DNA of 34,598 nucleotides from a virus (IMGVR_UViG_3300035103_000041:1-34598); one strand, 5' to 3'; positions 25,343 through 34,473 are shown, counted from the first letter of the stretch. Program-made: numbers and translations. The notes: generated by a model not told the origin, from the sequence alone.

Positions 25343-25539
25343 ATCAAACACCGGAAGATTCGATGATGGGACTTTACTCGTCATTAGTTAATAACTTTGG
25401 ATGGAGCCTGCGAGATATCGACAATACTTATCTCGATACACTGATTGACTTTATTTATTACAAAGACAATGACCCAAACACAAAAGTTATAAACGGCAAA
25501 ACATATCACAGAGCAAAGGGTGTACCGTCGTGGCTATGA
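25303..25539 (+). CDS. gpT-like extension read via a -1 frameshift
   Basis: A AAA AAC at 25303-25309; the -1 frame is open to TGA 25537-25539 and encodes 'LYSSLVNNFGWSLRDIDNTYLDTLIDFIYY'. Confidence 0.75.
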   Translation, partial: KKLKGGTGGSARVNQTPEDSMMGLYSSLVNNFGWSLRDIDNTYLDTLIDFIYYKDNDPNTKVINGKTYHRAKGVPSWL

Positions 25540-25700
25540 AGGATATTAAATGCCCTAATTGCGGCAAGCCATTGCTAAAAGCAGAGAATGGGATAGTCGA
25601 AATAAAGTGCCCTAGAAAGGGAAACCGCAAGGGATGCGGTAAAACATTTAGATTTGAAATCACAAACAAGAGCGTAAAGCACACGATGATTCGGGAGTAG
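25536..25700 (+). CDS. Mu Com-like zinc-ribbon translational regulator (54 aa)
   Basis: Not in the ORF track; MKDIKCPNCGKPLLKAENGIVEIKCPRKGNRKGCGKTFRFEITNKSVKHTMIRE; ATGA-coupled to the gpT-like frame. Confidence 0.75.
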   Translation: MKDIKCPNCGKPLLKAENGIVEIKCPRKGNRKGCGKTFRFEITNKSVKHTMIRE

Positions 25701-25734
25701 CGTCACGCCTGTTTTTTAAAGGCGGGTGAATGAC

Positions 25735-28269
25735 GTGGCAGCACGATATGATATAGGTCCTAAAATCGGAATAGACGGCGAGAAGGAATTTAGGGCCGCT
25801 ATAAGAAGCTCATATAATGCTTTGCGTACTCTCGGAACAGAGCTACAGGTAGCAAGTTCCGAGTTTGATAAAAACGACAAAAGCCAAAAGAACCTCACCG
25901 CGCAAAATAAAATACTCAATAAGCAGATTAAACAGCAGGAAGAGTTACTGGTTACCTTAAATAAGGGGCTGGAAGAATCAAAAAACAAGCTTGGAGAAAA
26001 CCACGAACATACCGAGAAGTGGCAGCAGTCTGTAAACAGGCAAACTGCGAAGCTGAATAAGCTTAAGCAGGAAGTAAAAAGTAATAATACTGCCATGTCT
26101 GAAGGAGCATTGGGAGCTCTCGGACTTAAAAAAAATATTGATAAAGTCGGAGATAGTGCAAGCAGTAACGGTGGCAAGCTTAAAGCCTTTGGAAAAGTAG
26201 CGGCGGGAATAGGCAAAGTCGCACTTAAAACTATGGCCGCTATAAAGACTGGGGCCGTGGCTGCGGCTAGAGGTATATTAAGCCTCGTAGAAAATACAAG
26301 AGAATATCGCTCTGATATGTCGAAGCTTGAGCAGAATACGAAAAATGCCAATCAAGACTTCGACAAAATGAAGGGACATGTGCAGAGCATAACCGGGCTT
26401 ACGGGAGAGATGGACAGCTCCATCGAGGCTGTGTCGAACCTTATGGCGACGGGTTTTGATGAAAATGGAATTACAAATGCCGTTGATGCTCTATCGGGCG
26501 CTGTAATCAAATTCCCGGATACTTTGAAAATAGAAGGCCTTGCAGACGGACTGCAGGAAACTCTGGCTACAGGAAAAGCAGTCGGCACGTTTGCGGAACT
26601 TATCGAGCGCATGGGCGGCGACTTGGAAGCATTTGATGCAGAGATGGCCAACGCTACTACGCAAGCGGAAAAGCAGCAGGTCGCTTTAAAATGGCTGGCG
26701 GATAGCGGACTATCGGAAGTCAACGAAGCATATAGAGAAGCTAATAAAGGAATGCTTAACGCGGCCGAGGCACAGCTAAAGCTTGATGATTCTATGGCCA
26801 GCCTTGCTTCTACTTTCGAGCCGGCAGTAGCCACAATCAAAGGCGGCGTTGCTGATGTACTTAGCAGCCTTGTCGGCATGGCTACCGGGGCTGAGGGTTC
26901 CACTGAAGATTTCAAAAAGAATGTTGGAAACTTAGTCCAGGGCATCTTACAGCAGATAGACACGCTTATACCTATGGTGGTAGCTACGGCGGAAGCATTG
27001 ATACCAGCTCTAATAGATGGGATTGTAACAAGTCTGCCACAGCTTATAGAGGCGGCAATATTATTATTAGATACTCTTATAAATTCGATAATAGAAAATT
27101 TGCCTTTGATTATCCAGGCGGCAATTAAGCTAGTCAATATGCTTCTCTTGGGCATTGTACAAAGCCTTCCTTTGATAGTCGACGGAGCGGCTCAAATCAT
27201 AATTGCTCTAGTATCAGGCATTGCCGGCTCGCTGCCTACTTTAATACCTGCGGTAGTAGAAATGGTACTGACAATCGCACGTGGTTTGGTTGATAACTTA
27301 CCGCTTTTGGTGAATGCGGCTGTGGAGCTTATCTCCGGACTGTCTTCTGGCCTTATGGATGCTTTACCATTATTGATGGAGCAAGCTCCAGCAATATTAC
27401 AAAGTTTGGCGGATGGAATAATTCAGGCGCTTCCTATTTTAATTGAAACAGCCTTATCTTTAGTAATGAAACTCGTAGAGTATTTGCTCGACGAGGGCAA
27501 TCTAAAAATGCTCATTGACTCTGCATTGGAGATAGTCACTGAGCTTGCAACTGGAATTTTATCCGCACTGCCTGTACTTATAAAGCAGGCGCCGGTAATC
27601 ATAAAATCGTTGATTTCCGGGATTGTCTCGGCTATACCAATGCTCATTGATACAGCAATTGAGCTAGTGATGTCTTTTATAGATTTCTTACTTGATGGTG
27701 AAAATATAGGCTTATTAGTTCAGTCGGCGATAGAGATAATTTTTGCACTGATAACTGGCCTGATAGGGGCCATACCCGAATTGATACTTGCGATTCCCAA
27801 GATAATTAAAGCCATTATAGATACCTTCTTGGAGACCGACTGGGGAAAGATAGGCTGGGAGATTATCAAGGGTATAGGAGAAGGCATTAAAAATGCAGCG
27901 GTAAACCTTTGGGAAACTGTCAAGGAAGTAGCCAGCAGCATTTTCAAAGGATTCACGGATTTCTTCCAAATCAACTCGCCATCTGTACTTATGCAAAACG
28001 ATGTGGGCAAAATGATAGGGCTTGGCATGGCTGAAGGGATAGAGGATAGCCAAAGAGAAGTAGAGAATGCATGGGGAACGCTTACTAAAAATTTCAACAT
28101 GAATGCCAATGAATACTCGAATACAACACAGCACAATGACTACTCATCTACCGATAACAGCAGAACAAGCCAGATAACTCTGCAGGTAACTGGAAAAGAT
28201 GAAGAGCTTGAGTATGAAAGGAAAGCAAACGAAATGCTCAGACGCGTACAAGCAGCGATGGCTTATTAG
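25735..28269 (+). CDS. Tape measure protein
   Basis: 'YDIGPKIGIDGEKEF' N-terminus, coiled coil, amphipathic Pro-punctuated repeats, C-terminal 'FFQINSPS.LM...VG..IG.G.A.G'; GTG 25735 preferred over 25726 on SD spacing. Confidence 0.9.
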   Translation: MAARYDIGPKIGIDGEKEFRAAIRSSYNALRTLGTELQVASSEFDKNDKSQKNLTAQNKILNKQIKQQEELLVTLNKGLEESKNKLGENHEHTEKWQQSVNRQTAKLNKLKQEVKSNNTAMSEGALGALGLKKNIDKVGDSASSNGGKLKAFGKVAAGIGKVALKTMAAIKTGAVAAARGILSLVENTREYRSDMSKLEQNTKNANQDFDKMKGHVQSITGLTGEMDSSIEAVSNLMATGFDENGITNAVDALSGAVIKFPDTLKIEGLADGLQETLATGKAVGTFAELIERMGGDLEAFDAEMANATTQAEKQQVALKWLADSGLSEVNEAYREANKGMLNAAEAQLKLDDSMASLASTFEPAVATIKGGVADVLSSLVGMATGAEGSTEDFKKNVGNLVQGILQQIDTLIPMVVATAEALIPALIDGIVTSLPQLIEAAILLLDTLINSIIENLPLIIQAAIKLVNMLLLGIVQSLPLIVDGAAQIIIALVSGIAGSLPTLIPAVVEMVLTIARGLVDNLPLLVNAAVELISGLSSGLMDALPLLMEQAPAILQSLADGIIQALPILIETALSLVMKLVEYLLDEGNLKMLIDSALEIVTELATGILSALPVLIKQAPVIIKSLISGIVSAIPMLIDTAIELVMSFIDFLLDGENIGLLVQSAIEIIFALITGLIGAIPELILAIPKIIKAIIDTFLETDWGKIGWEIIKGIGEGIKNAAVNLWETVKEVASSIFKGFTDFFQINSPSVLMQNDVGKMIGLGMAEGIEDSQREVENAWGTLTKNFNMNANEYSNTTQHNDYSSTDNSRTSQITLQVTGKDEELEYERKANEMLRRVQAAMAY

Positions 28270-28278
28270 GATTTTATT

Positions 28279-29142
28279 ATGCAAAAGATAACTTTTACAA
28301 ACTCTGATAATGAATCCATTACAGTAAAAGCAGCACCTCCGTTTATTCTTCAGAACCTAACGGGGATAGGAAAAGTAAACTCAACGATACTGCCAAACCG
28401 TGCATATAACCAAAATGGCACTACTCTTTATGGAGTGGTGCAGGATCCGCGCCCTATAAATTTTAGGGTGTATATAGAAGCAAATGATACTGTCGCGCTT
28501 TTACAATATCGTGATGAAGTATTTAAAGTTTTTAATTCTTTGACAGAATTAGGCGAGCTTATATACGAAAATGAGATAGCTAAGTATCGTATAAACTGTG
28601 TCGTATTTGACGGGCCTCATGAGGTCATAGATATAAGATCGGATTATACGCAGGCATTTGATATTGGGCTATATTGCCCGAAACCTGACTGGCTGTCATA
28701 TGTACCCACTCAAATCAAGATGACGGACTTAATCGGCGGATTGAGATTTCCTATAACGTTTCCAATAAGATTCGCGGAGCGCGGTGACGGTGGGCGTGTG
28801 GAATACACAGGGCAGAACTCGGCACCTGTACTGCTTGACTTTCGTGTGGCAAGCGGCGGCACTACCATGAGCAACCCGAGAATCGTAAATGAACTTGGAG
28901 AGTTTATAGAAATTGAAAAAACTATATCGAGCGGTGAAAAAATATTAGTTAATACGGAGCCTGATATACCATCAATAATGCATGTAGACGCTTTGGGCGT
29001 GGAGACAGATATCTGGGACTTGCAAGTATATGGGTCTAATTTTTTTCAATTACATAAAGGATTAAACATTTTCACTTTCACAGCAGAGGGCGGAAGCCCT
29101 GAAGTTTATTTGACATATAGCGAACATTACGCGGGGGTTTAA
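28279..29142 (+). CDS. Distal tail protein (Dit)
   Basis: Follows the tape measure gene; 'AYNQNGTT...PRPI', 'GGLRFPITFPIRF', 'FFQLHKGLNIF', ends 'HYAGV'. Confidence 0.8.
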   Translation: MQKITFTNSDNESITVKAAPPFILQNLTGIGKVNSTILPNRAYNQNGTTLYGVVQDPRPINFRVYIEANDTVALLQYRDEVFKVFNSLTELGELIYENEIAKYRINCVVFDGPHEVIDIRSDYTQAFDIGLYCPKPDWLSYVPTQIKMTDLIGGLRFPITFPIRFAERGDGGRVEYTGQNSAPVLLDFRVASGGTTMSNPRIVNELGEFIEIEKTISSGEKILVNTEPDIPSIMHVDALGVETDIWDLQVYGSNFFQLHKGLNIFTFTAEGGSPEVYLTYSEHYAGV

Positions 29143-29147
29143 AGAGT

Positions 29148-30161
29148 ATGGAATATAGCGGATTTTATGATGACGTGAATTATGCAAGTGAGATCCACGC
29201 AAAAATGATGGAACTGATAGCAGAAGGAGTAGTACCGAATTACTTAAATGAACTTAAAGTAGCTATCGGTACGGGTTTACAGGTAACTATTGACAGCGGT
29301 GGATGCATACATGAGGGAAGGTATTATATCCAGGAAGAACCTGCAGATGGTGCAAGCCCCAAGACATTGCCTATAGACGCGGCCAGTTCCGGATATTTAA
29401 GGAAAGACAGGACTTATATAGAATGGAATATAAGCACATCAACCGGAGCATTGAAAGTGGAGAAAGGCACGGAAGCGGCGGCCAATCCTACAGCGCCTTC
29501 TTTATCGGAATCGTCATCAATAAGAATTTTTAAGCTCGGTATAGTCAATGTAGACGGTGGTACTATAACCGGTATCGAAGATGAGAGGGTTATAGGTGGC
29601 GCGCGTACTACACAAAGCTATATAACAGGCGAAATAAAGTGTGTGGCGTTTTTGGGAGAAATCGAAGGCTGGCTTGATTGCGATGGTGGTCTGTCTTCAA
29701 GAACTGAAGAGGCAGATTTATTTGCCCGTATAGGAACACTGTATGGAGCAGGGGATGGCTCAACAACATTTGCCCGGCCGGATTTCAGGGAAAGAACACC
29801 AGTAGGATATAAAACAGGTAGCGCAGAGTTTGGAACTCTGGGGGCAACACATGGCGTTAAGAAACACCAACTATCCGAAGCTGAACTTCCGGCACATGTT
29901 CATGACAATAGCCATAACCATAGTTCTGGTGGTTCACATAATCATAATGGTGATATGAGAGCATTCACAGATATTGGGTCTAATAAAACTATTGCTCCTG
30001 GAGGGGACGGAGCAACTCCTGGATATGACGTCGCAAACACTTCTAATCCGGGAGGAGAACATTCGCATAGCTATTCGGGGAATACGGGAAGCGCTGGAAG
30101 TAACGAAGAGCATCAAAACATACAGCCTTCAATTGCTGTGAGATGGATAATCAAAACATAG
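29148..30161 (+). CDS. Baseplate/tail protein with a phage tail-collar domain
   Basis: N-terminal 'EYSGFYD...GLQVTIDSG...EGR...RKDR'; collar motif 'GWLDCDG...LFARIGTLYGAGDGSTTFARPDFRER...LSEAELPAHVH...HQNIQPS'. Confidence 0.8.
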   Translation: MEYSGFYDDVNYASEIHAKMMELIAEGVVPNYLNELKVAIGTGLQVTIDSGGCIHEGRYYIQEEPADGASPKTLPIDAASSGYLRKDRTYIEWNISTSTGALKVEKGTEAAANPTAPSLSESSSIRIFKLGIVNVDGGTITGIEDERVIGGARTTQSYITGEIKCVAFLGEIEGWLDCDGGLSSRTEEADLFARIGTLYGAGDGSTTFARPDFRERTPVGYKTGSAEFGTLGATHGVKKHQLSEAELPAHVHDNSHNHSSGGSHNHNGDMRAFTDIGSNKTIAPGGDGATPGYDVANTSNPGGEHSHSYSGNTGSAGSNEEHQNIQPSIAVRWIIKT

Positions 30162-30173
30162 TCAAGGTAAATC

Positions 30174-32384
30174 ATGAAAAAACCATCCATACAAATACTA
30201 GATACCGACTTATCTAACAGGCATTCGATATCAGGTTATAATTCATTGGAGTTTACCCGTGCTTGGAATTCGCAGGGATATTTTAAACTTGTAATCAATA
30301 AGGCAAATCCTACTGCAAAGTATCTGGCCACTGATAAGATATTATATATAGACGAGAAGAGAATAGGGTATATAAAAAAGCGGAACTTTAGCGAAAAAGA
30401 TAATAAGGCAAACGCTTTAATAATCATCGAAGGCGTGGAGCTTAAAGATGAGCTTGCGAGGATTACGTATCCGGCTGCCGGACAAACTACGGATAGTTAC
30501 GATAACGAATACACCGAAACCATAGTAAAGTCTCTGATTAATAAAAATGCAGGGGCAAGTGCTGCAGATGTTTTAAGGCGCATTCCTAATCTTGAAATAT
30601 CATCAGATAACAACCGTGGTCCACAAGTTTTTTTTTCCACAAGGTATAAGGATCTGATAAGCGAGATATATAAGCTTTTGGTTGCCGCGCTCATGGGTTT
30701 GAGATGCAGTATTGATTTTAACGATTTAAAGATTATATTCGATGTGGCGGAAGGAAACGATAAAAAAGCTGTCCCAGGAGTATCTGCCGGTGTTGTTTTA
30801 TCTGTCGATTTAAAAACGGCAGATGAAGTAGAAGCTATAGAAGATAAATCAGGATATCGAAATGTAGCAATCGCGGCGGGTCTTGGTTCTGGTACTGAAC
30901 GAACAATATCTGAGGTCGGTGATACTGATAAATCCGGATACGGCCGCAGTGAAACTTTTTTGGATGCGCGCGATATTGCATCTGATACTGAGCTTTCCGA
31001 GCGCGGCAATCAAAGGCTAGCCGAAACTAAGATAGTTAAGGGCAAGACAATAAAGTTCAATGAGGTAGGTCCCAGAAAGCTCGATGAAGCATTTACACTT
31101 GGTGATTTTATAACGGCCGAAGTTGAGGGCATATATGAAGATGCACAGGTAATAAAAATAACAGAAGTTTATGCAGGAGTCGCTGCACCTGATGTCAGTC
31201 TTGTTCTCGACTTTGATTATATGGATTCATTGGCTAAAAGCTTCAAAGTCAATAATGAGAATAATAAAAATGTGGTAGCGAGTGACAGTCCTAGCGGCGG
31301 TGGCTCCTCCACCTTCATAGAACAAAGCGATACTCCGGCTACTTATACCGGACAAGCAAAAAAGATACCGCGAGTAAATGCCGCAGTCGATGCACTAGAG
31401 TTTAAAGACTTAGGCGAGATAATAAATGATGCTACAGCAAAGACTATACCAGCGGACGCCGATACTATAGGATTATCTGACAGTGCAGATTCTAATAAAA
31501 TAAAAAAGTTTAGCTGGGCAGATTATTTAGTTGCTACTATGTCATGGCTTAATGAGCGAGGCTTTTGTATATTTGAAACCTTAACCGCTAACCGCACTTA
31601 TTATACAAAGCCGGGAAGCGGACCGGTAACTGGAAGCGGAACCCTTGCAGACCCTTTCACTGGAAGCGATGTAATACAATACGTACTTGATATTATCGGA
31701 GCGTTAAATATTTCTACTTTTAATATAACGGTTGATTTATGGAGTGCTACGGGTACAGGAACGGTAACTTATGTGCTGACAACCGGACATGTTTTAAAAT
31801 CAGCGATAGGCTCTGGAATCATCTATATAATTGGAAATTCCAGCAATCAGGACAGTGTGGTGCTTGATGTTAATGGTAATACTGGTATTAATAACACACC
31901 GTTAGGACAAACATTTGTACTGAAAAATTTCCAAATGTATGACGCCGCGACTACTGAATACGGATTGTTAATGTCCAATTACGGATATATAGAACTGGAC
32001 GGCATACACTTCAATGGTATAAAATACCCGGCAAGGGCGGCCATTAACGGCGCGAGAATAGGAGTATTCAACAGGGACAACGCGACAAAGATAACGGGTT
32101 CTCCGAGCTTTTGCTTTTGGGTCAACCCTCAAGGAGAGTTGTTTATATCAGATGGTACACTAGACACAACGGCATTAATTTCTTTTAATTATTTTTATTT
32201 AGCAGAAAATCTTGGTTTGATAAGAATGTCAAACAGCACTAATTATACAACAACAGCGATACCGGGACAAAAGTGGTATGTATTGGGGAATGCTGTATTA
32301 GATGTAAATGCAAATACCGTTCCAGGCAACACGGCAGGCGTACCGGCAATAGGCACGTCGCCATATGGCGGGCAAGTGAGATAG
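30174..32384 (+). CDS. Tail hub protein (ReqiPepy6 Gp37-like) fused to a putative receptor-binding C-terminal domain
   Basis: 'YNSLEFTRAWNSQGYFKL', 'NVAIAAGLGSGTER', 'GYGRSETFLDARD', 'FTLGDFIT'; then a Gly/Ser linker and a Gly/Asn/Thr-rich beta-type C-terminus. Confidence 0.75.
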   Translation: MKKPSIQILDTDLSNRHSISGYNSLEFTRAWNSQGYFKLVINKANPTAKYLATDKILYIDEKRIGYIKKRNFSEKDNKANALIIIEGVELKDELARITYPAAGQTTDSYDNEYTETIVKSLINKNAGASAADVLRRIPNLEISSDNNRGPQVFFSTRYKDLISEIYKLLVAALMGLRCSIDFNDLKIIFDVAEGNDKKAVPGVSAGVVLSVDLKTADEVEAIEDKSGYRNVAIAAGLGSGTERTISEVGDTDKSGYGRSETFLDARDIASDTELSERGNQRLAETKIVKGKTIKFNEVGPRKLDEAFTLGDFITAEVEGIYEDAQVIKITEVYAGVAAPDVSLVLDFDYMDSLAKSFKVNNENNKNVVASDSPSGGGSSTFIEQSDTPATYTGQAKKIPRVNAAVDALEFKDLGEIINDATAKTIPADADTIGLSDSADSNKIKKFSWADYLVATMSWLNERGFCIFETLTANRTYYTKPGSGPVTGSGTLADPFTGSDVIQYVLDIIGALNISTFNITVDLWSATGTGTVTYVLTTGHVLKSAIGSGIIYIIGNSSNQDSVVLDVNGNTGINNTPLGQTFVLKNFQMYDAATTEYGLLMSNYGYIELDGIHFNGIKYPARAAINGARIGVFNRDNATKITGSPSFCFWVNPQGELFISDGTLDTTALISFNYFYLAENLGLIRMSNSTNYTTTAIPGQKWYVLGNAVLDVNANTVPGNTAGVPAIGTSPYGGQVR

Positions 32385-32397
32385 AAAGGAGTATGGT

Positions 32398-32550
32398 ATG
32401 GGTTTTTACAATGAAGAAATAAGAGTTGCAATGACAAGAATAGGTGAGGCTGCAGACTCGTGGGAGGAAACTCCGGAAGGCATAAGCCGTAGTATAAAGG
32501 ATTGTGAGTTTATTTTAACGGAACTCGAAAAGATAAAGGAGACTTTTTAA
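32398..32550 (+). CDS. 50-aa hypothetical protein
   Basis: SD AAAGGAG; MGFYNEEIRVAMTRIGEAADSWEETPEGISRSIKDCEFILTELEKIKETF; TAATG-coupled to the next gene. Confidence 0.55.
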   Translation: MGFYNEEIRVAMTRIGEAADSWEETPEGISRSIKDCEFILTELEKIKETF

Positions 32551-32801
32551 TGGACTACGGAAACATATTACTTGGGGCAGCGGCGATTATATCAGCATCT
32601 GCAGCATTATTTGCAAATATCAACAAGCGGAAGCAGCAACCGATAGAAAAGCTGTGCAAGGATTTATCAGAGCTTAAAGAGGACATCTGCGTAATAAAAC
32701 AGGCTAGTTTTTTCTCTTTGCAGGCGCATGTGGAGCAAGGCGCGAACGGCGATGTGAAAAAAGCATATGAGAAACTAAAGGGTTCTGTATTTAAGGACTA
32801 A
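32550..32801 (+). CDS. Single-TM lysis-module membrane protein (holin accessory-like)
   Basis: N-terminal TM, short coiled coil, 'GANGDVKKA' end. Confidence 0.6.
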   Translation: MDYGNILLGAAAIISASAALFANINKRKQQPIEKLCKDLSELKEDICVIKQASFFSLQAHVEQGANGDVKKAYEKLKGSVFKD

Positions 32802-32817
32802 TTTGTAAAAACAAACT

Positions 32818-32841
32818 ACAAGCCGCGAGGCTTGTTTTATT
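32818..32841 (+). terminator. Terminator-like hairpin upstream of the holin
   Basis: ACAAGCC-GCGA-GGCTTGT-TTTATT. Confidence 0.65.
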
Positions 32842-32866
32842 ATGCATAAAAAAAAGGAGAATCATT

Positions 32867-33349
32867 ATGGAAAACTTTTTGACACCGGATTTACTGATTG
32901 CCCTGGGCGCGCTCGTGGTGGCGCTTATAGGTGGACTGACTGCATGGATAAAGGTGAAGATGCAGAAGAAAGCCGACCTTGAGATTGCGGCGGCGCAGAC
33001 GGAGGCTGAGATAAAGCAATTAGAGAAGCGAAAGAAGTATATAGGGCTGGCTCGTGAGATGATTGTGGACATCGTACGGAGCCTACAGGAGACAAATGTA
33101 AAGGCCATGAAGGAAGCCAATGGGGGCACTCTTACGCCGCAGGATATAGACAAGTTAAGATTTGAAATGATTAAGACGCTCAAGGTAATGCTGCCTAAAG
33201 AAATATTAAAATTTTTGGAGGAGACATCGGAGGACTTCGAAGGACTTGTGCAAGTACTTGTAGACGGCGCGATATTTTTGCTTAAAAGCGGATTTTTCGT
33301 ATCAGAAGATAATATGAAAGCGGCGGAGATAGCAGCGGAAGGAGAGTGA
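32867..33349 (+). CDS. Putative holin (one N-terminal TM, LL-H-like)
   Basis: TM LLIALGALVVALIGGLTAWI followed by a basic stretch; directly before the endolysin. Confidence 0.6.
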   Translation: MENFLTPDLLIALGALVVALIGGLTAWIKVKMQKKADLEIAAAQTEAEIKQLEKRKKYIGLAREMIVDIVRSLQETNVKAMKEANGGTLTPQDIDKLRFEMIKTLKVMLPKEILKFLEETSEDFEGLVQVLVDGAIFLLKSGFFVSEDNMKAAEIAAEGE

Positions 33350-33353
33350 TCCA

Positions 33354-34142
33354 ATGTCTGTCGTTGATAAGTTCATTGAGTTAGGACTCTCGCATGTGGG
33401 CGGTGGATACGTGTACGGCACGAACGGTGATATTTTAACCGAAGCGTTATTGCAAAACAGGATGCGTCTTTTGGATCCGCTGCAGACAGGTTCATTCCGT
33501 CCTAAATATATGGCCCATATACGCAAAAACTACATGGGTAAATATGTTGCTGACTGCTCCGGGCTTATAGTCAGCATTTGCCGCGATTTGGGTCTTGATA
33601 AAAGTGACTATTCAGCGAGCCGTTTATATTACTATCAGTGCGACCGAAAACCGATATCCGAAATCGAGCGCGGTGACCTGGTATTTAAAAAGAACAGCAC
33701 TTCCGGGAAAGTATATCATGTAGGTATCTACTTGGGAGACAATGAAGTGCTCGAAGCACAGGGCACGATGTACGGCATTCGCGTAAATAAGCTTAGTTCA
33801 TCGTGGACGCTTGCGGGCAGGCTCAAGGTTTTTGGAAATGCTAAGGCAGAGCCGGCCGAGCCTGAAAAGCCATACACGGGGATATACGAGGTCAACATAA
33901 AAGATACGCCTGATAACTACCTGAATATAAGAGATACACCATCCGGACATCTGGTTGCGCGCCTGGCGCCACATGATTTTATAAAGGGGTTGGGGCAGTC
34001 AGAGTATAAAGATGGGCTTATGTGGGTAAAGGTAGAGCCTTACAATCTAGCGGACGCTACAGGCTGGGTCGCAGAAAAATATCTAAAGAGGATTGATGAG
34101 CTCCCGGCGCATGTGGCCGATGCTTTGCGGCAAAATAATTAA
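33354..34142 (+). CDS. Endolysin: NlpC/P60 peptidase plus SH3b-like cell-wall-binding domain
   Basis: 'YVYG', 'ADCSGLI', 'YHVGIYLG', 'LEAQG'; C-terminal 'YLNIRDTP...WVKV...TGWVAEKYL'. Confidence 0.9.
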   Translation: MSVVDKFIELGLSHVGGGYVYGTNGDILTEALLQNRMRLLDPLQTGSFRPKYMAHIRKNYMGKYVADCSGLIVSICRDLGLDKSDYSASRLYYYQCDRKPISEIERGDLVFKKNSTSGKVYHVGIYLGDNEVLEAQGTMYGIRVNKLSSSWTLAGRLKVFGNAKAEPAEPEKPYTGIYEVNIKDTPDNYLNIRDTPSGHLVARLAPHDFIKGLGQSEYKDGLMWVKVEPYNLADATGWVAEKYLKRIDELPAHVADALRQNN

Positions 34143-34292
34143 TAAATGCAACATGCATGCAACACAAGAGAATATAATCGGTTATAATGATACATATATC
34201 AAATAATAAATAAGCTTCTCGGAAGGCTAGTAAACAGTAGAAATTCATTATGTTTTATGTATAGGATTATTGTACTTAATAAAGTGTTATTA

Positions 34293-34350
34293 AGACTCAA
34301 AATCTGATGTCCTTCGGGACGTGTGGGTTCAAGTCCCACCTTCGGCACCA
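34293..34350 (+). pseudogene. 3' half of tRNA-Leu(CAA), attR-like remnant
   Basis: AGA-CTCAAAA-TCTGA anticodon region; variable arm GTCC-TTCG-GGAC; T arm GTGGG-TTCAAGT-CCCAC; CTTCGGC-ACCA; no D arm or 5' acceptor strand upstream. Confidence 0.9.
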
Positions 34351-34354
34351 AGAG

Positions 34355-34382
34355 AAAGCTCAACCGTTAGGTTGGGCTTTTT
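34355..34382 (+). terminator. Terminator after the tRNA-Leu fragment
   Basis: AAAGCTCAACC-GTTA-GGTTGGGCTTTTT. Confidence 0.7.
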
Positions 34383-34452
34383 ACTTGTGCGTGGGACTTG
34401 AACGAAGTCAAATGTTTTGCCTCGCAAAACATGGTGGGGAGCGAAGCGACAA

Positions 34453-34473
34453 CAAGTCCCACCTTCGGCACCA
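34453..34473 (+). repeat. Second copy of the tRNA-Leu 3'-terminal 21 bp
   Basis: CAAGTCCCACCTTCGGCACCA, identical to 34330-34350. Confidence 0.9.

Larger units (their letters stand above)
985..34350. mobile_element. Temperate siphovirus prophage (HK97-like head, long non-contractile tail), ~33.3 kb
   Basis: Ordered modules: integrase, repressor, replication, late activator, HNH/terminase/portal/protease/capsid, tail, holin/endolysin; bounded by a tRNA on the left and a tRNA 3' fragment on the right. Confidence 0.95.

Noticed and set aside
25716-28136. Long minus-strand ORFs opposite the tape measure gene (and similar ones opposite other late genes)
   Set aside because: Antisense shadows of coding sequence with no SD or recognisable motifs
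29148-32384. Diversity-generating retroelement or invertible tail-fibre cassette
   Set aside because: No reverse transcriptase or invertase gene, and I saw no template/variable repeat pair or flanking inverted repeats by eye
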